Shown: in pieces, positions 1 to 9,545 of the stretch | Layout of the letters: every line of letters begins with the position of its first letter | How positions within the stretch are numbered: the stretch's first letter is position 1 | Assembly (NCBI GenBank): GCA_964645095.1 | Contig: CAZXZF010000002.1 | Location: 1 to 43,784, forward strand | Direction: 5' to 3' | DNA length: 43,784 nt | Origin: an uncultured Desulfocurvus sp. | Lineage (GTDB): Bacteria > Desulfobacterota > Desulfovibrionia > Desulfovibrionales > Desulfovibrionaceae | Position numbers and translations under genes: made by a program | The notes under the pieces: generated by a model | What the model saw: the letters and a program-made list of their open reading frames with translations, nothing else | What the model was told of the DNA's origin: nothing | Databases searched by the model: none

Positions 1-91
1 TGCAGGCGTTGGTGTTGTCGATGAGCACCACGCGCGGAAACTCCACGGCCTCCTGCGTCCTGTCGGCTTTGTTCAGATCACTTTTTGCCAT
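1..91 (-). CDS. 5' end of a probable radical SAM protein, truncated by the window edge
   Basis: Manual translation from the ATG at 91 gives MAKSDLNKADRTQEAVEFPRVVLIDNTNAC. The 'P..v.id.TnaC' stretch is the usual lead-in to a CxxxCxxC motif. The start overlaps the GNAT stop at 78-80. Not in the ORF track. Confidence 0.6.
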   Translation of the reverse strand, partial: MAKSDLNKADRTQEAVEFPRVVLIDNTNAC

Positions 92-635
92 CGTATTCGC
101 TCCGCAAGAGGGACATGCCCACGACGTTCAACCAGGCGCCCTCAATAAGATAGTGTTCTCGCAGCAATGATTCCCGTTGAAATCCGAATTTTTCGTACAA
201 GCGCTGGGCCGGGATGTTCTCCTCGCCCACGTGCAGAAAGATCTTGTGCAGCCCAAGCACCCCGAACCCGTGCCCGAGCATGAGCTTAAGGGTCGTGGAG
301 CCCAGGCCCTGGCCCCGGCTGGGTTCATGGCCCAAGAGTACCCAGAATTCCGCCCGGCCATGGGCCTGATCCCAATGATAGAACCCCGTGTTGCCAACGT
401 GCCGCCCCTGCCGGAAGATGGCGAAGACCAGGCGCGTGTGGTCCGTCTGGAGACACTCGAACCAGCGCAGTTGGTCCTCCGGCGACACCTCACCCACGCG
501 CAAAATCAGCCGGCGCAGCTCCGGATCATTAGCCCAGGCAAGCGTTTGCCCCAGTTCAGCCTCGGAAATGGGCCGCATGAGAACATCACCAGATTGCAGC
601 ATGGCATCAATTTGCTCTCCTGTTCTCAGCGCCAT
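78..635 (-). CDS. GNAT N-acetyltransferase (RimJ/RimL, PseH-like)
   Basis: Acetyl-CoA motif 'RGQGLG', plus 'LHKIFLHV..ENIPAQRLYEKFGFQRE'. The ATG at 635 overlaps the asnB stop; an alternative ATG lies at 602. Confidence 0.85.
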   Translation of the reverse strand: MALRTGEQIDAMLQSGDVLMRPISEAELGQTLAWANDPELRRLILRVGEVSPEDQLRWFECLQTDHTRLVFAIFRQGRHVGNTGFYHWDQAHGRAEFWVLLGHEPSRGQGLGSTTLKLMLGHGFGVLGLHKIFLHVGEENIPAQRLYEKFGFQRESLLREHYLIEGAWLNVVGMSLLRSEYDGKK

Positions 636-2524
636 GTCAAGCCATACTCCCGCCACCACAGGCCAAGGCAGGCAAGATTCCAGATCTTCGCGTTCACGCC
701 CGTGTCGCCCGCAAGGAAGCGCTGGCGCAGGCCGGCCAGGGCCGCGGCCCGGAACAACTCCCCGGGCAACCCATCAAGGCAGTCAAGGGTCCAGTCCTTG
801 AGCGCCCCGTGCATCCAGGTGTAGATGGGCTGCACAAAGCCCTCCTTGGGCCGGGCGAGCAGTTCCTCGGGCAGGAGGTCGGCCACGGCCAGCTTGAGGA
901 TGCGCTTGTTTATTGGTCCACCGGGGCCGCCGCCGATCTTGTACCGGCCGGGCAGCCGGTTCACATACTCCACCAAGCGGTGGTCCAAAAATGGGCAGCG
1001 CACCTCGATGCTGTGGGCCATGGACAGGCGGTCCACAAAGGGCAAGATCTGGTTCTGCAGAAGCTCGCCCTGGTCCACCTCCAGCACCCGGTTCAGGGCA
1101 TCACCGGCGGTGAGCCGGGCCTCCAACTCCGCGTAGGGGTCCACGCGCTCGCCTTCCGGCAGCGCGGCAAGGAACTCCGGGGAAAGCAGCTCCAGGCGCT
1201 CGGCCAGGGGGAACACGCTCAGATGGTCGCGCCACAGGGCTTGGCGCGGAGCCGCGATGCGGTCCAGAAAGTTGTACTGCCCAGGAGAGTCGAAGGGCGC
1301 CAGCAGGGCCAGCTCCTCCGGGGCGAGGTCCTCGCGCCGGGCCTTGCCCTGGGCGCGAAAGCTGAGCAAAGCCTCCACCGGAAAGGCCAGGCGGTGCGTC
1401 AGGTAGCTGGCGAAGAGTTCGTCCGCCCCGTCGCCGGAAAGGGCCACCTTCACGTGCTCGTGGATGAGGATGGACAGGAAGAAGGTGGACACCGTGCCGG
1501 AGAAGGGCTCATCAAAGCTCTTCGTGATCCCGGGCATCTTCTCGGCGAACATCGCGGCGTCGATGACGAGTTCGTGGTGCTCCGTGCCCAGGCGGCGGCT
1601 CATCTCCCGGGAGTAATGGATATCCTGGGCCTTGCCCGCGAACTGGCCCTGGGCGTCGTCGGCGTAGCCTAGGCAGAAGGTCTTCACCGGCTTCTCGTTG
1701 AAGCGGCTCATGAGCGCCGTCACGGCCGAGGAGTCCACCCCGCCGGAAAGATACGCGCCATAGGGCACGTCGCAGTCCATGCGCAGACGCACGGCGTCCT
1801 CCAGCAGGCGCCGGATCTCGGCTACGGCCTCCTGCTCGGTGGGGGGCTCATCCAGGGGCGAATAGTCGGCCTGCCAATAGGGGCGCACCACGGCCCGGCC
1901 GTTCTCCCAGAGCAGGAAATGCCCGCCCGGCAGCTGCCGCACCCCGGCGAAGATACTGCGCGGGGCGCTGGTGTTCTTGAGGCCCAGGTATTGGAACAGG
2001 GCCACGGGGTCGAGCCTGCGCTGCAGGGCCGGGTGCATCAGCAGGCACTTGATCTCCGAGGCGAAGACGAGTTCACCTCCTAGGACGGCGTAGTGCAGCG
2101 GCTTCTTGCCCAGGCGGTCGCGGAACAGGGCCAGCCGCCGCCGGGGCGCGTCCCACAGGGCCACGGCGAACATGCCGTTGGCCCGCGCCCCCCACTCCGG
2201 GCCATGCTCCTCGTACAGGTGCACGATGGTCTCGGTGTCCGAGTGGCCAGAGCGGAAGCGGTGCCCGCCCGCCACCAGCTCGCGTCGCAGGGCATGGTGG
2301 TTGTAAATCTCGCCGTTGAACACCACGTTGACAGCGCCCGTCTCGTTGGTCACCGGCTGTCGGCCACCGGAAAGATCCACGATGGACAGCCTGCGCATGG
2401 CCATGCTGATGCCCGGGGCCTGGAAAACTCCCTCCTCGTCCGGGCCGCGGTGGATGATGGCCTGGTTCATGCCCCGCAGAAGTTCCAGGTTGGCCGGGCC
2501 AGTAAAGCCGACGATGCCGCACAT
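626..2524 (-). CDS. asnB: Asparagine synthase (glutamine-hydrolysing) family amidotransferase, probably for sugar or glycan amidation
   Basis: N-terminal MCGI nucleophile, HRGPD, FNGEIYN, RDRLGKKPL, LSGGVDSS, LSGDGADELF, SMAHSIEVRCPFLD. Confidence 0.93.
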   Translation of the reverse strand: MCGIVGFTGPANLELLRGMNQAIIHRGPDEEGVFQAPGISMAMRRLSIVDLSGGRQPVTNETGAVNVVFNGEIYNHHALRRELVAGGHRFRSGHSDTETIVHLYEEHGPEWGARANGMFAVALWDAPRRRLALFRDRLGKKPLHYAVLGGELVFASEIKCLLMHPALQRRLDPVALFQYLGLKNTSAPRSIFAGVRQLPGGHFLLWENGRAVVRPYWQADYSPLDEPPTEQEAVAEIRRLLEDAVRLRMDCDVPYGAYLSGGVDSSAVTALMSRFNEKPVKTFCLGYADDAQGQFAGKAQDIHYSREMSRRLGTEHHELVIDAAMFAEKMPGITKSFDEPFSGTVSTFFLSILIHEHVKVALSGDGADELFASYLTHRLAFPVEALLSFRAQGKARREDLAPEELALLAPFDSPGQYNFLDRIAAPRQALWRDHLSVFPLAERLELLSPEFLAALPEGERVDPYAELEARLTAGDALNRVLEVDQGELLQNQILPFVDRLSMAHSIEVRCPFLDHRLVEYVNRLPGRYKIGGGPGGPINKRILKLAVADLLPEELLARPKEGFVQPIYTWMHGALKDWTLDCLDGLPGELFRAAALAGLRQRFLAGDTGVNAKIWNLACLGLWWREYGLTWR

Positions 2525-3525
2525 CAGGGGGTCCCCTCTTCAGGCTTTACATGCGTTGCGCGCATCTGGAAGTATGCAGTGGCGCCCAACAACGAAATTG
2601 CCAAGGAAACAATTCTCCAGATGGAGAAAAGAATCAGGCCTCCGGTTGCACTATATAATGTCCAGGTGAGGTCGGCAATTGCCTCAGTCCAGCCGATGCC
2701 TGCCGGGGTGATTGGGACGAGAGCGGAGAAAAAGACTAGGGGTGACAATGTGAACGCCAGTCTTGCCTGATAGATGCCAAAGAGTCCGAGCGCCAGAGTG
2801 GCGATGCCAAGGGCGGCGAAGAAATGTGTACCCATGCTCAAAAGCAGGGCGAGGGCGAGACTACAGGTGGAGTGCGCGGCTGCGGGGGCGGAATTGCCGT
2901 CTAGGCTCCTGAACCTGCTGGCCAGGAACCCGATGCACTGCGTGCTGTACTTGGGACCGATGAATGCCACGGCGACGCTCAAGAGGAACACTAAACACAG
3001 GGACGACACGAGGATGCCGGAGTTGGGGGAGAGGTTGCGAAGGGGATGCGGCAGGCCAGTGAGCAGGGCCAGGAATTGGGCCAGAACAGCAAAGCTGGCA
3101 AGCCCTGCGACGGTCGAGATCCTGTCGGCCAGGATGACCTTGACAATGGTGGCGATGGGGAGTCCGGAACGCTTGGAGTAGGCGTAGAGGCGTAGGACAT
3201 CGAAGCCTGTCGCGGCAGGGAGCACGTTGTTGGCGAACACGCCGGCTGCGAAGACACGAAAGACCTCAAAGGCCGAAATGGTGCCGTACATCGATCTGAC
3301 CAGCACCAAATGGCGAAAGCCGACACACATCAGGGAGGCTGCGCACCAGAGTGCAGCAAGTCCGAGGTGGGCGAGGCCACTGCCTGTGGCCAGGGGGGCC
3401 AGCAACGCAGTGTCCTGAACGAACTGGCGGATGAGGTAGGCGATGAGCAGAACGAGGGCCAGGGCCTTGAGTACCGCAATAAAAAGCTGCCATCTCCTGG
3501 GCATGGTTTGGGAAAGAACGGTCAT
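2524..3525 (-). CDS. UPF0104 / lysylphosphatidylglycerol-synthase-TM (flippase-like) membrane protein
   Basis: Multiple hydrophobic segments with 'FANNVLPAATGFDVLR', 'ILADR' and 'VPITPAGIGWTE'. The ATG at 3525 forms an ATGA overlap with the GT2 stop, so the longer 3759 ORF start is rejected. Confidence 0.8.
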   Translation of the reverse strand: MTVLSQTMPRRWQLFIAVLKALALVLLIAYLIRQFVQDTALLAPLATGSGLAHLGLAALWCAASLMCVGFRHLVLVRSMYGTISAFEVFRVFAAGVFANNVLPAATGFDVLRLYAYSKRSGLPIATIVKVILADRISTVAGLASFAVLAQFLALLTGLPHPLRNLSPNSGILVSSLCLVFLLSVAVAFIGPKYSTQCIGFLASRFRSLDGNSAPAAAHSTCSLALALLLSMGTHFFAALGIATLALGLFGIYQARLAFTLSPLVFFSALVPITPAGIGWTEAIADLTWTLYSATGGLILFSIWRIVSLAISLLGATAYFQMRATHVKPEEGTP

Positions 3526-4565
3526 GGCCTTGCGTTTATCCTGCCGAAATTGAGAAGTTGTCGGGCTGCCGCCAGGGCGCCAGAAAGCGTGACCGTGGCA
3601 CTGTACATGGAGTGCAGGGCCAGGGCATAGCAGTAAAAGAGCCAGCCCTTGTGCTTCTGACAGTAGCGCAAGCTTTTCCAGCTGGCCCCCACGAAAAGCG
3701 TGAGAGCAAGGCCTGAGGGCAAGGGACCCAGAAGGGAACTGACCAGAACTGTGCCCCACATGACTGCACCGAGTAGATACTCAAGACCAGAAGAAACGGA
3801 GGCTCCTCCCTTGTCCGTCCTCGAAGTCGAGGTGCTCCAGAGCAATTCCAGAAGCTCTGCTGTGCGCTTCCAGTAATTCTTGTGGGTTTTGACAAAGCCG
3901 CTGAAGTGGTGCTGTGCCTGGAGCAAACGGTCATGCAGGATAGTGTAGGCTGCTGAGTAACGCTGCCCGAACTCGTGGTCCTCGACGCATGGCTTGCGGT
4001 AGCGAATGTCAAACCCGCCAATGTCAAGGAACGATTCGCGCCGAAGGGCACCGATTCGAGTGTTGAAGCACGTGGATGTATTGTCCCACTGGGTTGGGAA
4101 ATGTCCCCAGGCATGCTCCACAAGGCATTTGTACCAGGTGGCCAGAGAAGGGTTGAGGGGCGGCGGGGCCATAATCCCGTTCACTGCCGATACCGAGGCA
4201 TCGCAGAAGACGCTCTTCACTCGCTCCACTGTGTCGCGGGGTATGACAACATCGGAATCAAGGAACAACACGACGCTGTTCGGAACATTGTAGGTTGCTT
4301 GCACCCCTGCGTTCCGGGCGACGGAAGGGCCACAATTCTTCTCAAGTTTGACGACAGTGGGCGCCAAGGAATGTTTCCGGGCCAGTTCTGCTGTTGAGTC
4401 TGTGGAGCAGTCGTCAACGATAATGACTTCATCGACCTGGACACCTTGAGCCAGCAAGGAATCGAGGAGTGGAATGATGGATCTCTCGTTGTTGAAGGTC
4501 GGGATGAGTGCGGAAACGAATGGTCCAACCTCCGCACGGCCTATACGAGGAGCGTTTTTATCCAT
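3522..4565 (-). CDS. Family 2 glycosyltransferase with C-terminal membrane segments
   Basis: 'SALIPTFN', 'VIIVDDCSTD', 'GPSVARNAG', 'FLDSD', 'GGFD...EDHE'. Confidence 0.9.
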   Translation of the reverse strand: MDKNAPRIGRAEVGPFVSALIPTFNNERSIIPLLDSLLAQGVQVDEVIIVDDCSTDSTAELARKHSLAPTVVKLEKNCGPSVARNAGVQATYNVPNSVVLFLDSDVVIPRDTVERVKSVFCDASVSAVNGIMAPPPLNPSLATWYKCLVEHAWGHFPTQWDNTSTCFNTRIGALRRESFLDIGGFDIRYRKPCVEDHEFGQRYSAAYTILHDRLLQAQHHFSGFVKTHKNYWKRTAELLELLWSTSTSRTDKGGASVSSGLEYLLGAVMWGTVLVSSLLGPLPSGLALTLFVGASWKSLRYCQKHKGWLFYCYALALHSMYSATVTLSGALAAARQLLNFGRINARP

Positions 4566-4597
4566 GGTGCCTCAATGCCAATTTTTTCCACTCCGCA

Positions 4598-5719
4598 TTA
4601 CGAAGACGTGAAAATGCGTGCTAAAATGCGGAAGTAGTTACTGTAGTTAAGGGCAAAATTATTCAAAAGTGCGCACTCGAACGTACAGTTGCAGCCTCTT
4701 CTTGAGATGAACGAGCACAAGCGGCGGGAGTCTTCACTGTTGAGCAGAGCGCTCGGGTCGTACTTTACATCGCGAAGATTGCCGAAAGACATCGCGCCAT
4801 TATATTTGAAGGCACCTTCTTCAGCAAGTGGTCCGAACACCTCGCACGGCGCGAGCTCCCCCTTGTGGTCAAGCACGAGAAGTTTGGAACCGGCGCGGCA
4901 TGGGTCGACCATCCTTCCCTGGCGGTGCGTTTTCATGCGACGATCAGTGTATGTAGTCGCCCAGGCCTTGCCAAATCGCCCCAGGTGCGGCATCTGGATG
5001 GTCTGAAGTTCAGCAAGACGTTTCAGGAAATCTTCCCCATCCTGAGTTCTGGCTCCCACATCGCGGGTTACCCCGCGCGCAAACATGAGACCATGAATTT
5101 GCGGTGTTCCTGTCTCTTTGATGTACTCGAACAACTCCGAGATCTTGCCGCGGTTCAGTTCGCTATATACAGATGCGACCACAAGTCTAAGATTCGGCGT
5201 GCTCTGCATCAGTCTCGTTATACGTTCCTTGGATTCTTGATGGGCCTCAAAGGCTCCGGCAACGCCACGGATTGTGTCATGTAGAGCGCCGACACCGTCC
5301 AAAGAGAGTGCTACATTGATGGTGGACCGGGGATTTTCTTTGCAGATCCGCGCAACAACGGCCTCAAGCCGCTCAGGGAGTTGGCCGTTCGATGGCAGGG
5401 TGATCCTGGGAATTGGCCGCGCCTGGCAAAATGACTGAACGATTTCCGGCAGGTCTGCCCGCAGTATTGGTTCGCCACCGGATAACGTAAGCTGGAATAA
5501 TGAAGGAAAGTGCGGGGCAATCTTACGGATCTCTTCCAGCGAGAGTGAGTTTGACTCGGTTTCATGCTTCCAGTTGAAGCACATGGCGCATCGCTGGTTG
5601 CATTTGCTGGTGACTGAAAATATCAGGTACCAACACTTTTCGCCAAACAACGTGCGAACGAAACGCATTCCAGTTTTTGTCATCTCCGGTAGCGTACCGG
5701 AAGCAAGTAGTTTTCCCAT
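4598..5719 (-). CDS. Radical SAM protein with a C-terminal Cys-rich (SPASM/Twitch-like) domain
   Basis: CNQRCAMC motif, 'SGGEP', 'SLDG...HDTIRG', and later Cys residues in 'CRAG...PCE' and 'CNCTFEC'. Confidence 0.9.
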   Translation of the reverse strand: MGKLLASGTLPEMTKTGMRFVRTLFGEKCWYLIFSVTSKCNQRCAMCFNWKHETESNSLSLEEIRKIAPHFPSLFQLTLSGGEPILRADLPEIVQSFCQARPIPRITLPSNGQLPERLEAVVARICKENPRSTINVALSLDGVGALHDTIRGVAGAFEAHQESKERITRLMQSTPNLRLVVASVYSELNRGKISELFEYIKETGTPQIHGLMFARGVTRDVGARTQDGEDFLKRLAELQTIQMPHLGRFGKAWATTYTDRRMKTHRQGRMVDPCRAGSKLLVLDHKGELAPCEVFGPLAEEGAFKYNGAMSFGNLRDVKYDPSALLNSEDSRRLCSFISRRGCNCTFECALLNNFALNYSNYFRILARIFTSS

Positions 5720-5843
5720 CGTTAACCTGTTGGTTGAAATTGGTGATTCTAATGGTGTTTCATATTTTTGTGCATGTGATCAACGATGTGTCGATACAGT
5801 GATGGTGCAAAGGACGTTGATTTTGGACTGCCTTGGTATCAGT

Positions 5844-8800
5844 CTACTTACGAGATGTGATACTAATTTCTTTGCACCCACCGATTGTCAGCAAAGTCAA
5901 AAGAAAAGCTATACCAAACTCATATACCTTTCGAGATGCTTCACGAAATTTTGGTTTAAAGACGAGTTCAACAGTTTTTGTGCCAGGAGGTAAAATAGCA
6001 GCCATAGCAATACCGTTGGCGGGGTAAATCCTAATTTCCCTTCCGTTGGCAAAAGCCTGCCAGCCAGTGTTAAACGAATCATTAAAAAGTAGGATGAAAT
6101 GGTCGTTGCTAGGTTCTATCTCAACACTTATGTTGTCGAAGTTTTTTTCCATGAATTTCAGAGGCACAGCTACTGTCTCTCTGGGATGGGGAAAAGGCAA
6201 GCTTTCTTCAACTATGATAGTAGAATTAAGATCAAAAATATCATCACGTACGAGCCTCGCAACCTCGTTAATATTAGACGCAACGTGGTAACTGCTGAAA
6301 AGCATGAACCTAGACAAAGCACCTTGTAACTCGTGGGTAAGGAGCTTTGGCTTTACTGGTAAGCTAGGTTCACAATTTACGTTCTCGCCTCGACCCTTCA
6401 TTTGGCAATATATGTCATTCAAATCTTCGGAGCTAATGATGTCACTATATTTAGAAATGTCTAAATTCGCTAAATCCAAGTTGCCAGCGGATTGAGGAAC
6501 TCCATAATACGTTGTGCGGAAGTGCACAATATTATGTCTTCCAAGTGTTGCCACAAGTCTTGGTTGGGGATCTGGGGTGTCACGCTGTCCCTGGATATTA
6601 AATTTCACACCTAACAGTATGAGGAGTTGTTTATCTGTAAAGTTCGTGGCCAAACCGATTTCGTCAACGGGGTGGTTCGGGAGCACGGGATCTGCTGTTG
6701 TCCTGGTTTCGACATAGGCATCTAAAAATTTGTGTTGTCGCATAGTTATTTGGCTGTTCACGCCGCCATATGAATTGTATCCATACGCGTAAGGAAGATT
6801 AGACAACACTTCTGTTTCAGCCCTGTAGTCGAATAAAGCGTTGATGGGCAACGCTTTGTGTACGTTATTAATGCGATAATCAACTGAGCTCAGTTGGGCT
6901 GAATTATCAACTGGTTTAAAAAGTTCGTTATATTTAACGGAAACAAAAGGTTTTGACGTGTAGTGTGTGAACTCTAGGAAAGCTGGTAGCTGTTCAGCGA
7001 CAGCTAAAGCAATAACAGCTGTTGCTACGGATGACCACTTCAAATTTTTCGCATAGGAACCCAAGATATTGTAAAGCCAATACAAAACTAGATACAGCTT
7101 ATACACAGAAAGTGAAACAATGAATAGCCATTCTGTGGGCCAAGAATTTATACGCGAGTATTCGTTAGCGATTCGGAAGTACCCCTCAAAAGGATAATCA
7201 ATGTTGCCAATCTTCGGTGCAAGTGGTATAACGTATGACAATGCGAGTAGCCCTGTAGAAATTGTAAAAATAATGAGGAATATAAAGTGTCGCTTTCCCT
7301 CAACGAAAGACACAATGTGATTTGTAAGCGGAAACAAAAAACCAATAATACCAATGGACAAAATTAATAGAGATATATAGTGACGCCCAACTTCTGTTGC
7401 GAAGAAATATAGGAATAATGAGGAAAGTATAGATACAATACAGGTTATAAATGCCTGATGCGGATTGAACGTTGTTCCTGGTCTAACAAGTGAACATGCA
7501 GGTGCAGTTTTGGTAAAGAGACGTATCGAAAAATAAGCGGTTGCAGCAGCGCTAACGATCACAAATAACTTTAAATAGATTAATATAGGTATTGTGTCTC
7601 CACACGACGATGATGCGAAGAAAATGGTTGTCGAGAGTATTAGCCCAGCGAGTAATGGCGTTGCGTATAGTGAAAATCGTGTAAATAGCGATCGAAATTT
7701 GTTGCGATGAAGAGCGGACTTCAGGTTTGCCATCGTAAGCGCTGCAGTAATGGACCAAAAAAAAGATGCAAGATATACGTGGGAGCCATGCTGGAATGGG
7801 TAGAACACTGCGTTGCCAACAGTCCCAACGATCCATGGTAATGTGATCTCAACCAAAAAGAAAAGAGATATAATATGCCAAAACTTACTTAAATTTATCA
7901 TCGCCCCTACGAGCATGAGCGAAGTTGCTACTATGCCACAGTTTACAAAGGTTAATTGTGCATTTTGCATGTCAATGAATCTCGAGAGCGGAAAATTGAC
8001 TGATACTCCCATTGCTCCTAGTTGGGTAGACTTGTCAATGGTAATACCTGATAGTTCCGGGATGAACTGACGGAAAAATGCAATAGGTTTTACAAACAAG
8101 GCATAGTGAAAGAAAGGTTGGGAAATACGCGACCCGCTAATGACTTCAAAGAAAAAAGGGATTAGCCTATATTGAGATATTGACAATGTTATGGCTATCG
8201 ACAGGGCGTATGCTATGGCGATTTTTCTCCTTTCGCTATTTTCTACCGCCATGTAAATATGGTTACAAGTGATCGCAAAGTTGGCCACTAAGAAGTAAAT
8301 AGAATAAACAATGTGTCCTGTAAGAATCATGGTTGTTAATGAGATGGCATGTAAAGCAATAAGGAGAAATATGTTAACATTTTTTGAATTAATAATCGTA
8401 AGTATCGAAAGCAAAAAAAACAACTGTAGTATTATGTTTGGGAATGTTTGCAGGTAGTACAGAGTGGCAAAGCTTATTTGGTAAACGATAGCAGCCAGCA
8501 GCGCGCAATGCTTGTCTACGATGTAATGCTTCGCAATATGAAATTGTATTAAGCCAATGCCCCAATAGCATAGGAATTGAAGTATCCCTGCCGCAACAAA
8601 TGTAGCCCCTGCCGTTGGTAGTAAGATAGTCCTCAGGATTGGAGAATAGATTACGTTGTTAACACTCGCAGAGAAATCTATGCCAAAGCATGTGAATGGA
8701 TACCATGACGGAGACCCTGCAAGAAGTTGTTTTCTTGACATCTCTACCGCAGGAAAAGAGCCGAACAAATTGTCAGTGCTCCAGAGTGGAAAGTTTAGCC

Positions 8801-8924
8801 CTGTCAAAAAAGGAGAAAACACAACCAAAGCTATTGACAGTGACGCAAGTATAGGTATCCATTTGCTGAGTTTGTTTTCATCAACTGATATATTTGAATT
8901 AACATGTCTCAACGCTGATGCCAT
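5844..8924 (-). CDS. YfhO-like polytopic membrane protein (putative GT-C glycosyltransferase)
   Basis: 1026 aa with many TM segments. N-terminal 'WYPFTCFG' loop and C-terminal YfhO-type signature 'FNDSFNTGWQAFANG..I.IYPANG.AMA..LPPG..TVELVF.P'. Markedly AT-rich relative to its flanks. Confidence 0.75.
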   Translation of the reverse strand: MASALRHVNSNISVDENKLSKWIPILASLSIALVVFSPFLTGLNFPLWSTDNLFGSFPAVEMSRKQLLAGSPSWYPFTCFGIDFSASVNNVIYSPILRTILLPTAGATFVAAGILQFLCYWGIGLIQFHIAKHYIVDKHCALLAAIVYQISFATLYYLQTFPNIILQLFFLLSILTIINSKNVNIFLLIALHAISLTTMILTGHIVYSIYFLVANFAITCNHIYMAVENSERRKIAIAYALSIAITLSISQYRLIPFFFEVISGSRISQPFFHYALFVKPIAFFRQFIPELSGITIDKSTQLGAMGVSVNFPLSRFIDMQNAQLTFVNCGIVATSLMLVGAMINLSKFWHIISLFFLVEITLPWIVGTVGNAVFYPFQHGSHVYLASFFWSITAALTMANLKSALHRNKFRSLFTRFSLYATPLLAGLILSTTIFFASSSCGDTIPILIYLKLFVIVSAAATAYFSIRLFTKTAPACSLVRPGTTFNPHQAFITCIVSILSSLFLYFFATEVGRHYISLLILSIGIIGFLFPLTNHIVSFVEGKRHFIFLIIFTISTGLLALSYVIPLAPKIGNIDYPFEGYFRIANEYSRINSWPTEWLFIVSLSVYKLYLVLYWLYNILGSYAKNLKWSSVATAVIALAVAEQLPAFLEFTHYTSKPFVSVKYNELFKPVDNSAQLSSVDYRINNVHKALPINALFDYRAETEVLSNLPYAYGYNSYGGVNSQITMRQHKFLDAYVETRTTADPVLPNHPVDEIGLATNFTDKQLLILLGVKFNIQGQRDTPDPQPRLVATLGRHNIVHFRTTYYGVPQSAGNLDLANLDISKYSDIISSEDLNDIYCQMKGRGENVNCEPSLPVKPKLLTHELQGALSRFMLFSSYHVASNINEVARLVRDDIFDLNSTIIVEESLPFPHPRETVAVPLKFMEKNFDNISVEIEPSNDHFILLFNDSFNTGWQAFANGREIRIYPANGIAMAAILPPGTKTVELVFKPKFREASRKVYEFGIAFLLTLLTIGGCKEISITSRK

Positions 8925-9454
8925 TTGTATATCCTCGCCTTCACTTTGTGCAACGATGCTCTACAACTGTATACAATCATCAGTAACAACCATTCACTCT
9001 GCGGTGTGTAATTCTATTTGTACAGAGAGGATATTTGCTTAGCACGGTCGTAACTATGGTGTTCTGAGTGCGCTGCCTGTTTAGATATAGTATTCACCTG
9101 ACACTGCCACCCCTGGCGTGGTGCTGATTACGGTGCCTTCTAGCCTGTCTTCTTCGCTTGTTCCTTCTTTTGAAATCCGTCTAAAGAAGCCTGGTGAGGG
9201 GTTCTGCCAGCCATGTTCGGATTCTGATGGCTGCGTCCATGGTTGTAAGCCTGTAGGTAAGCCTCAATATGATTGCGTCCTTGTTACCAATTCGAACCAT
9301 TTCTCCCGGCCCTTGATACGGAAGTGCTCGCCCAAGGAGCGTTCGGTGCAGGCGCCTCACAAAACAGTTACTCTGGGGCCTTTCGTGGTGCAGTGCTCAA
9401 TGCCTCCAGCTACAGGAATGGCTTATACTAATGCTTGTCTGGCCTGCCGCAGAA

Positions 9455-9498
9455 TCTTTCGGCCATTGTCCGAAAGAATGGTGCGGATGCCCGCACCA
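9455..9498 (-). terminator. Candidate intrinsic terminator / tandem hairpins downstream of the UDP-glucuronate decarboxylase gene
   Basis: Perfect 8-bp stem tggtgcgg/ccgcacca (9479-9498), followed on the minus strand by TTCTTT. An adjacent second 8-bp stem tctttcgg/ccgaaaga lies at 9455-9477. Confidence 0.5.
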
Positions 9499-9545
9499 AT
9501 AGCCTCGAAGTGCGGTAATACGTCCTGTTTCAGTACATATGGTGC

